From: an uncultured delta proteobacterium | GTDB taxonomy: Bacteria; Desulfobacterota; Desulfobacteria; Desulfobacterales; JAFDCJ01 | NCBI GenBank assembly: GCA_963769935.1 | Contig: CAVYNY010000036.1 | Location: 21,554 to 85,553 of the forward strand | Length of the DNA stretch: 64,000 bases | Direction: 5' to 3' | Part shown: piece by piece, positions 9,623 through 19,197 of the stretch | How the letters are laid out: each line of letters starts with the position of its first letter | Numbering within the stretch: position 1 is the first letter of the stretch | The notes under the pieces: generated by a model | What the model saw: only the letters and a program-made list of their open reading frames with translations | Databases searched by the model: none | Told to the model about the DNA's origin: nothing | Translations under genes and position numbers: made by a program

Positions 9623-10720
9623 TTATAAACCTGTTTCCAGTTCGCGTTCCAAACGTCGGCTGTAATTTGACATAAAAAAGCAGCACAGGAAATATATCAA
9701 GGCTGCAAAAATATAGGCTTCCGCTGAAAATCCCATCCACTGAGGGTCATTCAGGACCGTTTTTGTCGTTTTTAAAAAATCGAAAAGCGCTATGATGACA
9801 ACCAGAGATGTATCTTTAAACGCCGATATCAAAATGCTGACCGACGGCGGTATGACGATTTTTAGAGCCTGAGGCAAAACGATCTTTCGCATGGTCAAAT
9901 AATAATTCAGCCCCAGAGATTCGGCCGCCTCATACTGCCCGCGGGGGATGGCCTGCAATCCGCCCCTAACCACCTCGGCGATATAGGCTGCCGTAAAAAG
10001 AATGATGGCGACCTGGGCCCTTATTAGGGCGTTGACGTTAACTCCCTCGGGTAAAAATAAGGGAAAGACCACCGAAGACATGAACAGCAGACTGATGAGG
10101 GGCACGCCACGAATCAGCTCAATGTACATGACGCACAGTGTTTTTACCGCCGGCATTTTGGATCGGCGCCCAAGAGCCAATATAACCCCTAAAGGATACG
10201 CAGCGGTTAAGCCGAAAACAGACAGCAAAAGCGTCAGTGGAAGCCCGCCCCACTGGGTACTTTCCACGGACGTCAGACCCAATATCCCGCCTTTCATCAG
10301 CAAACCCATAAGACAAAGGCCCAAAATCCAGCCGTAAACCAGATGTTTCTTCCAGTGATTTCTGTTGCGGCTATAGAACAAAAGGGCGATCAATAGAACC
10401 ATCGCCACGAACGGACGCCATTGCTGGTCATAAGGAAAAAATCCAAAAGTAATAAATCTTATATTGGCGGGTATGATAGACCAGCAGGCACCATCGATCT
10501 GCTGGCATTGCGCCCCGGATGAGAGCCAAAGGCTGTCAATAAAGGCCCAACGTATCAACGGCGGGACAATTATCCACAAAAAATAAATCGTTATCAGGGT
10601 CAAAATGGAGTTTAGCCAACCCTTAAATAAATTGGCTCTAATCCATCCCACTATTCCCACTTGGGTTACAGGTGGTTTGATATCTTCGACTGGATTATTT
10701 TGAACTGCTGCTTCCATCAT
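9623..10720 (-). CDS. aapM: Amino-acid ABC transporter permease (AapM/BztC type)
   Basis: WGGLPLTL, IELIRGVPLI, AYIAEVVRGGLQAIPRGQYEAAESLG. Confidence 0.9.
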   Translation of the reverse strand: MMEAAVQNNPVEDIKPPVTQVGIVGWIRANLFKGWLNSILTLITIYFLWIIVPPLIRWAFIDSLWLSSGAQCQQIDGACWSIIPANIRFITFGFFPYDQQWRPFVAMVLLIALLFYSRNRNHWKKHLVYGWILGLCLMGLLMKGGILGLTSVESTQWGGLPLTLLLSVFGLTAAYPLGVILALGRRSKMPAVKTLCVMYIELIRGVPLISLLFMSSVVFPLFLPEGVNVNALIRAQVAIILFTAAYIAEVVRGGLQAIPRGQYEAAESLGLNYYLTMRKIVLPQALKIVIPPSVSILISAFKDTSLVVIIALFDFLKTTKTVLNDPQWMGFSAEAYIFAALIYFLCCFFMSNYSRRLERELETGL

Positions 10721-10988
10721 AGTCTTGATCGTTATGAGCTATTAGCCGCCACTGAAAGTGCCTTCCCGTAAACCACCGTCCGCCCTTTCTTTTTTTCCGC
10801 TATGCGCTCGATGGGCTCCGCTTAATGAGCGTTTTACTCGATGAGTGCTTCGCTTGAAGCAAAACAAAAGTTGGCTCGATGTATGGCTTCAATTTTTCTT
10901 AAATCGATAGAATATCTCAGTTCTGCATTCGACATTCAGCATTCGTCAATCCATTTAACCCCGCACCTTGCAACCCGCAACTCGTACT

Positions 10989-12182
10989 CTATCTTTCCAC
11001 CAGCGCCACTTTTTTGTTGTACCAGTTCATAAACGCCGAGGTCGAAAGACTGAAACACAGATAAACAATCATGATCATCGCGACACCTTCCAAGGCCTGA
11101 CCGGTTTGATTGATGGTGGTTCCGGCAACCGATACAAAATCGGGATAACCGATGGCCACGGCCAGCGAGCTGTTTTTCATAAGGTTCAGCATTTGGCTTG
11201 TCAGCGGCGGTATGATCACTCTCAAGGCTTGCGGCAATATGACCAGATTAAGAACCTGGGCAGGTTTAAGACCGATAGACATGGCTGCTTCTCTTTGTCT
11301 TTTGCTGACGGACTGAATACCGGCGCGGACAACTTCCGCCACAAAGGCTGCCGTGTAAAGCACCAACCCCAATAAGAGAGCAGTGAACTCGGGACTGATA
11401 TTCAGCCCGCCTTGAAAATTGAAACCTTTGAGTTGGGGAACACTCATAGCGCTTGGAGATCCCCCGGCCAGCCAGGCCAGCAGCGGCAGGACGATGAGGA
11501 GACCGATGGATACGCTGAAGACGGGAAAATACTCGCCTGTTTTCGCCTGTCGCTTGCGCGCCCAACGGCGCAGAAAATACACGCCCAAACAACCTGTCAG
11601 AAAGGCGATGGCCATGTACTTATGGGCAGGCGCATACTCCGGAACGGCAAAAACTAACCCGCGATTACTTATGAAAAAGCCGTAAAACGGACTCAGAGCC
11701 TGTCTGGGGGATGGGAGTGCCTCATAAAACAATGCATACCAGAAAAAAAGCTGCAGCAGGACCGGTATGTCCTGAAAGAACTCAATATAAACAGCCGCCA
11801 GTCTGGATACCAGCCAATTGGTTGATAAGCGCAATATACCGATGATGGTGCCCAGGATAATGGTCAGGATAATACCGATAAACGAAACCAACAGCGTATT
11901 TAATACACCAACCAGCAGAGCGCGCGCATAATTGTCCGCAGCCGAATAGGGAATAACGGATTCACCGATCTCAAAAGAGGCTTCCTTTTCAAGAAACCCG
12001 AATCCTGTGGCAATCGCTTGCCGATCAAGGTTGGCAAGGGTATTTGAAACAAGATAATACCCCAGCAGCCCCACCATTACCATAACGCCCAGCTGATAAA
12101 AAATGGATCGCTTGCGCGGATCGTACCAGAAAGCAACATTACCCGAAGGCGGCTTGTGCGGATCGCCTGTTTTTTTCTTCAT
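10989..12182 (-). CDS. aapQ: Amino-acid ABC transporter permease (AapQ/BztB type)
   Basis: GFGFL..ASFEIGES, GFNFQGG, AEVVRAGIQSVSKRQREAA, KNSSLAVAIGYPD. Confidence 0.9.
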   Translation of the reverse strand: MKKKTGDPHKPPSGNVAFWYDPRKRSIFYQLGVMVMVGLLGYYLVSNTLANLDRQAIATGFGFLEKEASFEIGESVIPYSAADNYARALLVGVLNTLLVSFIGIILTIILGTIIGILRLSTNWLVSRLAAVYIEFFQDIPVLLQLFFWYALFYEALPSPRQALSPFYGFFISNRGLVFAVPEYAPAHKYMAIAFLTGCLGVYFLRRWARKRQAKTGEYFPVFSVSIGLLIVLPLLAWLAGGSPSAMSVPQLKGFNFQGGLNISPEFTALLLGLVLYTAAFVAEVVRAGIQSVSKRQREAAMSIGLKPAQVLNLVILPQALRVIIPPLTSQMLNLMKNSSLAVAIGYPDFVSVAGTTINQTGQALEGVAMIMIVYLCFSLSTSAFMNWYNKKVALVER

Positions 12183-12211
12183 CGGCGTTTAAACTATTTT
12201 TTTTGTATAAT

Positions 12212-12244
12212 AAAAAAGGTGCCACCGTTAGTGGCACCTTTTTT
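12212..12244. terminator. Intrinsic terminator-like hairpin between binding-protein and permease genes
   Basis: AAAAAAGGTGCCAC-CGTTA-GTGGCACCTTTTTT: perfect stem with A/T tails. Confidence 0.85.
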
Positions 12245-12254
12245 AGATCAAAAC

Positions 12255-13274
12255 CTACTTAAACGGAGGTGAATACATAAGGCCACCGTTAGTCCACTGG
12301 GCATTCAAGCCACGTTCGAGTTTTAGAGGCGTATTGACACCGACATTTCGTTCAAAGACTTCGCCGTAATTGCCGACCTGTTTGACGATATTATAGGCCC
12401 ACTTTTCGTCCAGCCCCAGTGCTTTGCCGTTTCCGGGATTGACTCCCAGAAATCGCTGAATTTTGGGGTCCTTGCTGTTCAGCATTTCATCGACGTTTTT
12501 AGAAGTGATGCCAAGTTCTTCAGCGTCAATCATCGCCAGAACCGAAAAATTAACAATATCGTACCACTGATCGTCTCCGTGACGGACCGCCGGAGCCAGG
12601 GGTTCCTTGGAAATTATTTCCGGTAAGATAACGTAATCAGTCGGTGTGGGGGCAACGGCCCGGGTTGACGCCAGCTGGGATGCATCCGAAGTCAGGACGT
12701 CGCAGCGACCGGCAAAAAAGGCCTGGGCCAGTTCCGGTGTGCTCTCGATGACCACCGGTTTCATCTTCATGCCGTTGGCCCTGAAATAATCCGCCACGTT
12801 AAGTTCGGTGGTGGTTCCCGGCAATACACACACTGTGGCGCCATCGAGTTCTTTGGCACTTTTCAGGCCCAATTTCTTGGGCACCAGAAAGCCCTGGCCG
12901 TCATAATAGTTCACATGGGCAAAATTGAGCCCCAGTGCGGTTTCCCGGGTAAGTGTCTGGGTACAGTTACGGGTGAGAACGTCGATTTCACCGGACTGCA
13001 ACGCCGTAAAGCGGGTTTTTGCGGTCAGGGGCACAAATTTCAATTTATCCGGCGCGCCGAATACCGCTGCGGAAATGGCCCGAGCCGTATCGACATCAAG
13101 ACCGCGCCACTCGCCTTTTTCATCGGGTTTTGAGAATCCAAACAAGCCTTCATTGACACCGGCTGAAATGAAGCCTTTGGCCTTTACTTCGTCCAATGTT
13201 CCGGCTGCAGCAAAGCCGGCCGGGATAACCAGCGCTAAGATCAACGCAAGGACGCATAACTTTTTTAAATTCAT
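12255..13274 (-). CDS. aapJ: Amino-acid ABC transporter substrate-binding protein (AapJ/BztA type)
   Basis: Signal peptide from ATG 13274 after an AAGGAGG RBS; RFTALQSGEIDVL, YYDGQGF, ISKEPLAP, VGNYGEVFERN. Confidence 0.92.
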   Translation of the reverse strand: MNLKKLCVLALILALVIPAGFAAAGTLDEVKAKGFISAGVNEGLFGFSKPDEKGEWRGLDVDTARAISAAVFGAPDKLKFVPLTAKTRFTALQSGEIDVLTRNCTQTLTRETALGLNFAHVNYYDGQGFLVPKKLGLKSAKELDGATVCVLPGTTTELNVADYFRANGMKMKPVVIESTPELAQAFFAGRCDVLTSDASQLASTRAVAPTPTDYVILPEIISKEPLAPAVRHGDDQWYDIVNFSVLAMIDAEELGITSKNVDEMLNSKDPKIQRFLGVNPGNGKALGLDEKWAYNIVKQVGNYGEVFERNVGVNTPLKLERGLNAQWTNGGLMYSPPFK

Positions 13275-13772
13275 TTTTGATTCCTCCTTTTTTGATAGTT
13301 GACGATTTACTTTACCAGGCTTGCATCTGCGCAACCACCTCCGATTCAGCACGCTTCGATTTTTCCGAGGAAATCGAGGCGCCTTCCCCCGGTCAACGGA
13401 GATCGATGGAATCAGCCGCTGCGGGTTGATGAAGATACCTCATCAATTAATATTCCCCCTATTAAATGAAATGGCTATAGCAGAAAGCACGTGCGGTTGG
13501 CAAGGGAAATATAAAACCTCAAAATTGAATTTTTTATTGACACTCAAATAAAATTACCCTATGAAATCCATTACATCCATGGGTATTTACCGTTTCGGAG
13601 CGCATCCTGCACCCTGTGCGGCATATTTATTGTAGAATTGCAAAAAGATATTGAGAAGAATCCAAATTCAGCTGCTTTTCAACCTGATGCCATTGCTGCC
13701 GCTGTGACCGGCCTCGGAATTGAAATCTGACATGCTGACCGGCTACTGATCCTAAATACTCGAGGAATCTGT

Positions 13773-14015
13773 ATGAATGATATATTGATCAAAAATTCAA
13801 CCCCGATAGGACAGCTCCCTAATGATGACTGGGAAAAGCGTTCAGAGGAAGAGCGGCGCTCCGATATGGACAATCGCAACGGCCAGGATGCGTCATACTT
13901 TATAAATGGCGGCAAGGAAAGAAGAAAAATAAAAGAACGCAGGCTGAAGGAAGAACGCCGAGACGGGTGGCTGCGCGTTGGTCAATGGCGCAGCGAGTCT
14001 GTTTTCGACGATTAA
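13773..14015 (+). CDS. Small hypothetical protein with repeated ERR motifs
   Basis: GAGG RBS; EKRSEEERRS...ERRKIKERRLKEERRDGWLRVGQWRS. Confidence 0.65.
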   Translation: MNDILIKNSTPIGQLPNDDWEKRSEEERRSDMDNRNGQDASYFINGGKERRKIKERRLKEERRDGWLRVGQWRSESVFDD

Positions 14016-14109
14016 TGACAAATGAACACACCTCCAGTGCTTTGCCCTGGGCTATCTGCTCTATGCCCTCTGTGCTGTGCTCTCAGCGCTATGACCTATG
14101 CGCTTTGCG

Positions 14110-14877
14110 TTAGGCCCTCTGCGCCAGAAGGGCCGCTCCGATGGCACCCGTTAACTGGCTTTGCGGGGAGACCTCTATTTGCTGAGCAATTTTTTTCTCC
14201 AGCGCTTTAACAACACCGATGTTTCTAGCCACGCCGCCGGTCATCATGATCGGGGGTCTGAGACCGGTCCGGTTGGCCATGGCCGCAACCCGGGCGGCAA
14301 TGGATGCATGAATCCCGGCGATAATGTTTTCTCTTTTTTCACCCTTTGATATCAACGATATGACTTCCGATTCCGCAAACACGGTGCAAAGACTGCTTAT
14401 TTTTGATGGCTGATCGGCATTTAGCGAAAATGAACCAAAACTATCGAGATCAACTTCAAGCGCTTTTGCCATGACTTCCAGGAATCGGCCGGTTCCAGCC
14501 GCGCATTTATCGTTCATGGCAAAGTCTTTGACGTTTCCATTTTCATCCAGAGCAATGGCTTTGCTGTCCTGCCCTCCGATATCGATAACGGATCGAACGT
14601 CCGGGTTCAAATAATGGGCGCCTGCTGCGTGGCAGGTTATTTCTGTTACCGTCTTGTCGGCAATCATAACACTGTTGCGCCCGTAACCGGTTGAGATGAT
14701 CTTGGCGACCGAAGACGGATCGATGCCCGACTCCTTCATAATTGACTCAAACACATTTTCTCCGGCATGCCGCGCATTATACCCGGTCAGGATTAATTTA
14801 TCCGCAATGACCACACCATCCCTGACCACGGCGGCCTTAGCGGTTATCGACCCCACATCAATTCCAACGGTTATCAT
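14110..14877 (-). CDS. Acyl-CoA dehydratase activase (HgdC/BadF-G/BcrA-D ASKHA [4Fe-4S] ATPase)
   Basis: GIDVGS, TGYGR, EITCHA, DIGGQDSK, MNDKCAAGTGRFLE, CTVFAESE. Confidence 0.92.
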   Translation of the reverse strand: MITVGIDVGSITAKAAVVRDGVVIADKLILTGYNARHAGENVFESIMKESGIDPSSVAKIISTGYGRNSVMIADKTVTEITCHAAGAHYLNPDVRSVIDIGGQDSKAIALDENGNVKDFAMNDKCAAGTGRFLEVMAKALEVDLDSFGSFSLNADQPSKISSLCTVFAESEVISLISKGEKRENIIAGIHASIAARVAAMANRTGLRPPIMMTGGVARNIGVVKALEKKIAQQIEVSPQSQLTGAIGAALLAQRA

Positions 14878-15141
14878 AGCGACACCTTTGTCAAATAATA
14901 AACCCAGACAGCAACTTTAAAACCAACAATGAAGGACCTTGCACCTTGAACCCTGCTTGTGGGGTCGTAGCGCGTAGCGCGAAGCCCCAAACCCCAATTG
15001 CCTCTTTTTCCTTGACTCTGATACAATGTAGCTTTATTGTAGCTTTCAAGGCAATTTTTTACCGCATCCGGCAGCAACAATCAAGCTTCTTTATTTCCGG
15101 TAGCTATGAACTGTTCATTGAAAAATTAACATAGGACAGAA

Positions 15142-15363
15142 ATGAGGCAACTCACCGTGCCAGAAAGCAAAAATCAAATAAGTACCGAAAACAACGCTGA
15201 TGAGAAAGAGCCCGCAGCTGATGCTCTCAGCAACAGGGTCAAGTTCGAAATTTATGGCGAAGAGATGATCGAAAAGCGGGTCAAATCAAGTGGAAACAGC
15301 GGCAGGGTGTATCTGCCTCCCAACTGGGTGGGCCACAAGGTGAAAATCATCCGGACGGATTAA
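15142..15363 (+). CDS. DUF2080-like small AbrB-fold protein
   Basis: KFEIYGEEMIEKRVKSSGNSGRVYLPPNWVGHKVKIIR; start may be GTG at 15157. Confidence 0.75.
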   Translation: MRQLTVPESKNQISTENNADEKEPAADALSNRVKFEIYGEEMIEKRVKSSGNSGRVYLPPNWVGHKVKIIRTD

Positions 15364-15442
15364 GGCCGCCAAGCGGTCCGGCTTGAAAAAACAGTGACTG
15401 CCGGAACACCTCATCAATTTATGAACGAAAAGGGATTCATCT

Positions 15443-15880
15443 GTGGAGAAATTGCAAATCAGAAGGCTTCGAGAAGAAGATGCGGAAGCAATCAGTCGAA
15501 TCTATGCCGCCATCACCATGAAAGCTGCAGATCCGGACTTCAAACGGGTTGTTGAAGAGCATGCCCGAAGGGAAGATGAAGCCTGTTTTGTTGCTGAGCG
15601 GGGAGATAAGGTGGTGGGATTTATGATCAGCTACATCCTGACCGCCGGTTTCGGCATGGCCAAAAGCGCCTGGATTGCCACCCTGGGCGTCGATCCCAAT
15701 TGCATGGGACAAGGCATCGGCGCCCGTTTGGCTGAAGAGATATTTACCTATTACAGGGGCCAGGGCATCGAAAATGTTTACACCTCGGTGCGCTGGGATT
15801 CCACCGACATGCTTTCTTTTTTTAAAACCCTGGGTTTCGACCGCAGTAATTTTATTAATTTGAGAAAAATAGTTAAATGA
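15443..15880 (+). CDS. GNAT family N-acetyltransferase
   Basis: IRRLREED, CFVAE, LGVDPNCMGQGIG, FFKTLGF. Confidence 0.9.
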   Translation: MEKLQIRRLREEDAEAISRIYAAITMKAADPDFKRVVEEHARREDEACFVAERGDKVVGFMISYILTAGFGMAKSAWIATLGVDPNCMGQGIGARLAEEIFTYYRGQGIENVYTSVRWDSTDMLSFFKTLGFDRSNFINLRKIVK

Positions 15881-15886
15881 ACCTCC

Positions 15887-16555
15887 TTAACTTATGCCCC
15901 CGAAATATTTCATAAACTGCACCCGTTCATAGGCCGCGGGATTGCTGCTCTTGGCCTGACTCATCAATCCCCTGAAATCCGCCAGGCGGCTGTATCCTTT
16001 CTCGCCCATCCACTTCTCCAGGATTTTCAGCATTTCAGCAATTCGGCTTTTGCCGTTTTTATAGAGGGTGGAAGCCACCTGTACGGCATCGGCACCGGCC
16101 AGTAACTGTTTGATGAGCGCCACACCGTCATGGACACCGGTTGAAGCCGCCAGATCGCAACTGACTCTTTGCGCCATGATAGCAATCCAGCGCAGGGAAA
16201 TCGACAGGTCTGAGGGAAAGCTGAAAACGTTGGAGGATACAACCTCCATTTTATCGATATCAAAATCGGGGCTGTAAAACCGGTTGAAAAGCACCAGTCC
16301 GGCGATGCCGGTTTCCGACAATTTCTGAATCATGGGTCCCAGATTGGAGAAATAGTAGCTAATTTTCAAGGCGATCGGGATGGTAACCTCTTTTTGAATT
16401 TTTTCGATGATTTGGAAATAGGCTTTCTCCTTTTCTTCACTGGTGCGCCCGAATTCGGTCGGCAGAAAGAACATATTCAGTTCCAGGGCATCGGCGCCGG
16501 CGGTTTGAAGCTGCCTTGCAAAGGAAGTCCATTCGTGAGAATAAATGCAGTTTAT
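15887..16555 (-). pseudogene. 5'-truncated dihydroorotate dehydrogenase-like flavoprotein
   Basis: Frame extends upstream of the ORF to INCIYSHEWTSFARQLQTAGADALELN, then meets a TAA. Motifs IPIALKISYYF, LFNRF, STGVHDG and AYERVQFMKYF present; the N-terminal third is absent. Confidence 0.75.
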
Positions 16556-16582
16556 GAATGATTAATATCTTTTCAACCCGAG

Positions 16583-19105
16583 TCAATATAAATCAGCCAG
16601 ATCATCTGCACCGCCGCCGGGCATCTCACCATGCGCCTGCAGGTATTTCTGGATTAGTTCGCTTTCCCGCTTGGAATACATCTTATCTTCTTCAAATTCA
16701 AACCCGGCGGCATTAACATTTTCTTTCAGCGCAAGCCAAAGCGCCTGCTGCAGGTTGGCCGCCCCCTTGATGGTCAAAACATTGCGATCGGCATCGAGCA
16801 ATTGAAAGACGCCTTCGGTTTCCGTCACTTCACTGATGTGCGCCGCATCAAAGGGCCGCCATGTCGGTGGTGGTGCAGGGTTGCAATGGATTTGGAGGCG
16901 CAGATCGCACTGCAGACAGCGGCGGGCTTCCCTGATAGCCTGGGCATGGCTGAAACCGGTGGCAACTTCATCAAAGCCTTTGATGCGGGTTGCGCCGTCA
17001 AGCTCCGGCATCTCTACCCGGGATTGAGAGGCAAATCCCTCATCACGGCCCAGATACGGGTCCGGATTGCCGCGCGCAAACAGAACCTCATCGATGTGCC
17101 CGGTTCCTCCCAGGGCCCGGTCAATGGATTCGGCTGCCCGGCGACCGGCGGCGACGGCATGAATGACGGAGCCGGGCGCCCGGACAATATCCCCGCCGGC
17201 ATAAACACCCTGCATCCCGGTCTCCAGGGTATCCTCATTAACGATGATCAAACCTTTGGCCGTCTTAATCGGGCTGTTGTCTTCCAGAAACGATAGATCG
17301 GTCGTCTGGCCCACCGCCAGGATGACTTGATCCACCGCAATACACTCTTTTTTGTCACTGAACTCCGGACAAAGATTGCCCTGTTCATCAATGACGCAGC
17401 TACATTCTTTCATTGCCATGCCGGTCACCCTGCCGCCATCGCCGATAATTTTATCCGGTCCCCGGGAGGGCAGAATCTGCACGCCTTCCGCCCGGGCCCT
17501 TTCTATTTCCCAAGGGTCGGCCGGCATTTCATCCATGGTTTCCAGACAGGCCATCTTGACCTGTGCGGCGCCGCAGCGCAAAGCCGTCAGCGCCGCATCC
17601 ACGGCCAAGTTGCCCCCGCCGATCACGACCACGCGGCCCTCCAAGCGGACCGTTTCGCCCTCAGCTACCTGACGTAAAAATTCAACGCCCCCCAATACAT
17701 CGGGCAAACCGCCTCCTTCCAACGGAATGCGCCGGCTTTGCCGGGCGCCGATGGCTAAAAACACGGCGTCGAACCCGTCGATAGCCAGGCTGTCCAGCGA
17801 AAAATCGCACCCCAGGCATTGATTCGGTTTAAAATCAATACCCAGCTCCATGATATCTTTGATTTCACTGTCCAACAGTGTCCGGGGCAAGCGATATTGC
17901 GGAATGCCGTAGCGCAGCATGCCCCCGGCCTGACTGCTGGAATCAAAAAGAGATACGGCATGGCCCTGCTTGCGCAGATAAAAGGCAGCCGTCAAACCTG
18001 CCGGGCCGGCCCCGATCACTGCCGCTTTTTTGCCGCTGTCGGGTGCAACCTTGCTTTCCCTTTTCCAGAAGCCATTTTCGTGATCGGCGGCATATCTTTT
18101 CAGGGCGCAGATCGAAATGGGCTGGTTGACTTCACCGCGGCGGCAGGCTTGCTCACAGGGATGAATGCAAACGCGGCCCAGCACCCCCGGAAGTGGAACC
18201 TTTTCGCGAATAATCGCATTGGCCTCATCGGCTTTTCCCAAGGCGATCAGGCGCAGGTAGCCGGGCACATCGACCTGCACCGGGCAGGCGGCTTTGCAGG
18301 GCACAAGATCCTGCTCCCGGGTCGCGGTTCCCACCGCTTTGTCCACCAGGGCCCCGGTCGGACAAACCTCCACACAGGCAGTACAGAATTTACAGCCGGA
18401 ATCTTCCAAGGTTTCAGCAAGAGTTCCGATCTGGATCTGCCCTTTTTCATCATGCACGAAACCGAGTGCTTCAATGCCTCTCAAATCACGGCAGGCCCGC
18501 ACACAACGCGTGCAACCGATGCACAAATTATAATCTCTGGTGAACAGGGGATGATCTTTGAGCACGGCCAGGTCCGTGGGAATCCATCTGGGGGTTGAAT
18601 CCGGTAGGCCGGCATAAACGGCCACGTTCTGCAGCTCACAGTGGCCGAATTGCGGACAGCAGCGTTCATTTTCAGGCACATTGCCGGAACACTGGGTGCG
18701 GGAACACCCCTCCTGCTGGGCACAGGTCAGACAGGCGTGCCGGTGCCGGGCCATGATGGGGGCCAGTTTTTCCTGCCGCACCGCTTTGATGCGGCGACTA
18801 TGGGTAGTGACCGCCATCGATTCTGCAACCTCAGTGGCACAGGCACTCACCAGCTCGTCGATTCCCGCCACCTCCACGACACAAAGTCCGCAGCCCTGAC
18901 CGGTCTCGCCGGGCATGGCGTTTTGGATTTGCCGGCCATCCTGAAAAATTATCCGGGCCGCTTCGCGGCCCTTGGCGGGCGGCAGGTCCGGATGATAACA
19001 CAGGGTTGGGATGTAAATATCCAAGCTTCCGGCAGCCTCCAAAATAGTCATGCCCGCCCGCACCTTGACCTGCCGCCCGTCAATGCTCAAATTTACGGTA
19101 TCCAT
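16583..19105 (-). CDS. bzdV: BzdV-like NAD(P)H:ferredoxin oxidoreductase (2Fe-2S + 4Fe-4S + GltD-like FAD domain)
   Basis: IPTLC, CGLC, CIGCTRCVRAC, CKFCTACVEVCP, GRVCIHPCE, GAGPAG, GGMLRYGIP; C-terminal GVFQLLD...MYSKRESELIQKYLQAHGEMPGGG extension; directly downstream of bzdQ. Confidence 0.75.
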   Translation of the reverse strand: MDTVNLSIDGRQVKVRAGMTILEAAGSLDIYIPTLCYHPDLPPAKGREAARIIFQDGRQIQNAMPGETGQGCGLCVVEVAGIDELVSACATEVAESMAVTTHSRRIKAVRQEKLAPIMARHRHACLTCAQQEGCSRTQCSGNVPENERCCPQFGHCELQNVAVYAGLPDSTPRWIPTDLAVLKDHPLFTRDYNLCIGCTRCVRACRDLRGIEALGFVHDEKGQIQIGTLAETLEDSGCKFCTACVEVCPTGALVDKAVGTATREQDLVPCKAACPVQVDVPGYLRLIALGKADEANAIIREKVPLPGVLGRVCIHPCEQACRRGEVNQPISICALKRYAADHENGFWKRESKVAPDSGKKAAVIGAGPAGLTAAFYLRKQGHAVSLFDSSSQAGGMLRYGIPQYRLPRTLLDSEIKDIMELGIDFKPNQCLGCDFSLDSLAIDGFDAVFLAIGARQSRRIPLEGGGLPDVLGGVEFLRQVAEGETVRLEGRVVVIGGGNLAVDAALTALRCGAAQVKMACLETMDEMPADPWEIERARAEGVQILPSRGPDKIIGDGGRVTGMAMKECSCVIDEQGNLCPEFSDKKECIAVDQVILAVGQTTDLSFLEDNSPIKTAKGLIIVNEDTLETGMQGVYAGGDIVRAPGSVIHAVAAGRRAAESIDRALGGTGHIDEVLFARGNPDPYLGRDEGFASQSRVEMPELDGATRIKGFDEVATGFSHAQAIREARRCLQCDLRLQIHCNPAPPPTWRPFDAAHISEVTETEGVFQLLDADRNVLTIKGAANLQQALWLALKENVNAAGFEFEEDKMYSKRESELIQKYLQAHGEMPGGGADDLADLY

Positions 19106-19197
19106 TGAAATGAATTATTCTCGCTTCAACTCAATAACAAATAACTATTAACTATGTACCACTAACCAATTACTATGTACTATTCTCTATGTACTAT

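Noticed and set aside
12221..12293. 12-nt match (GCCACCGTTAGT) between the terminator hairpin and the 3' end of aapJ
   Set aside because: Too short to distinguish from chance or a trivial local duplication; no functional inference possible.
15142..15363. Mobile element implied by the 'transposon-encoded' DUF2080 label
   Set aside because: No transposase, terminal repeats or target duplication around the gene.
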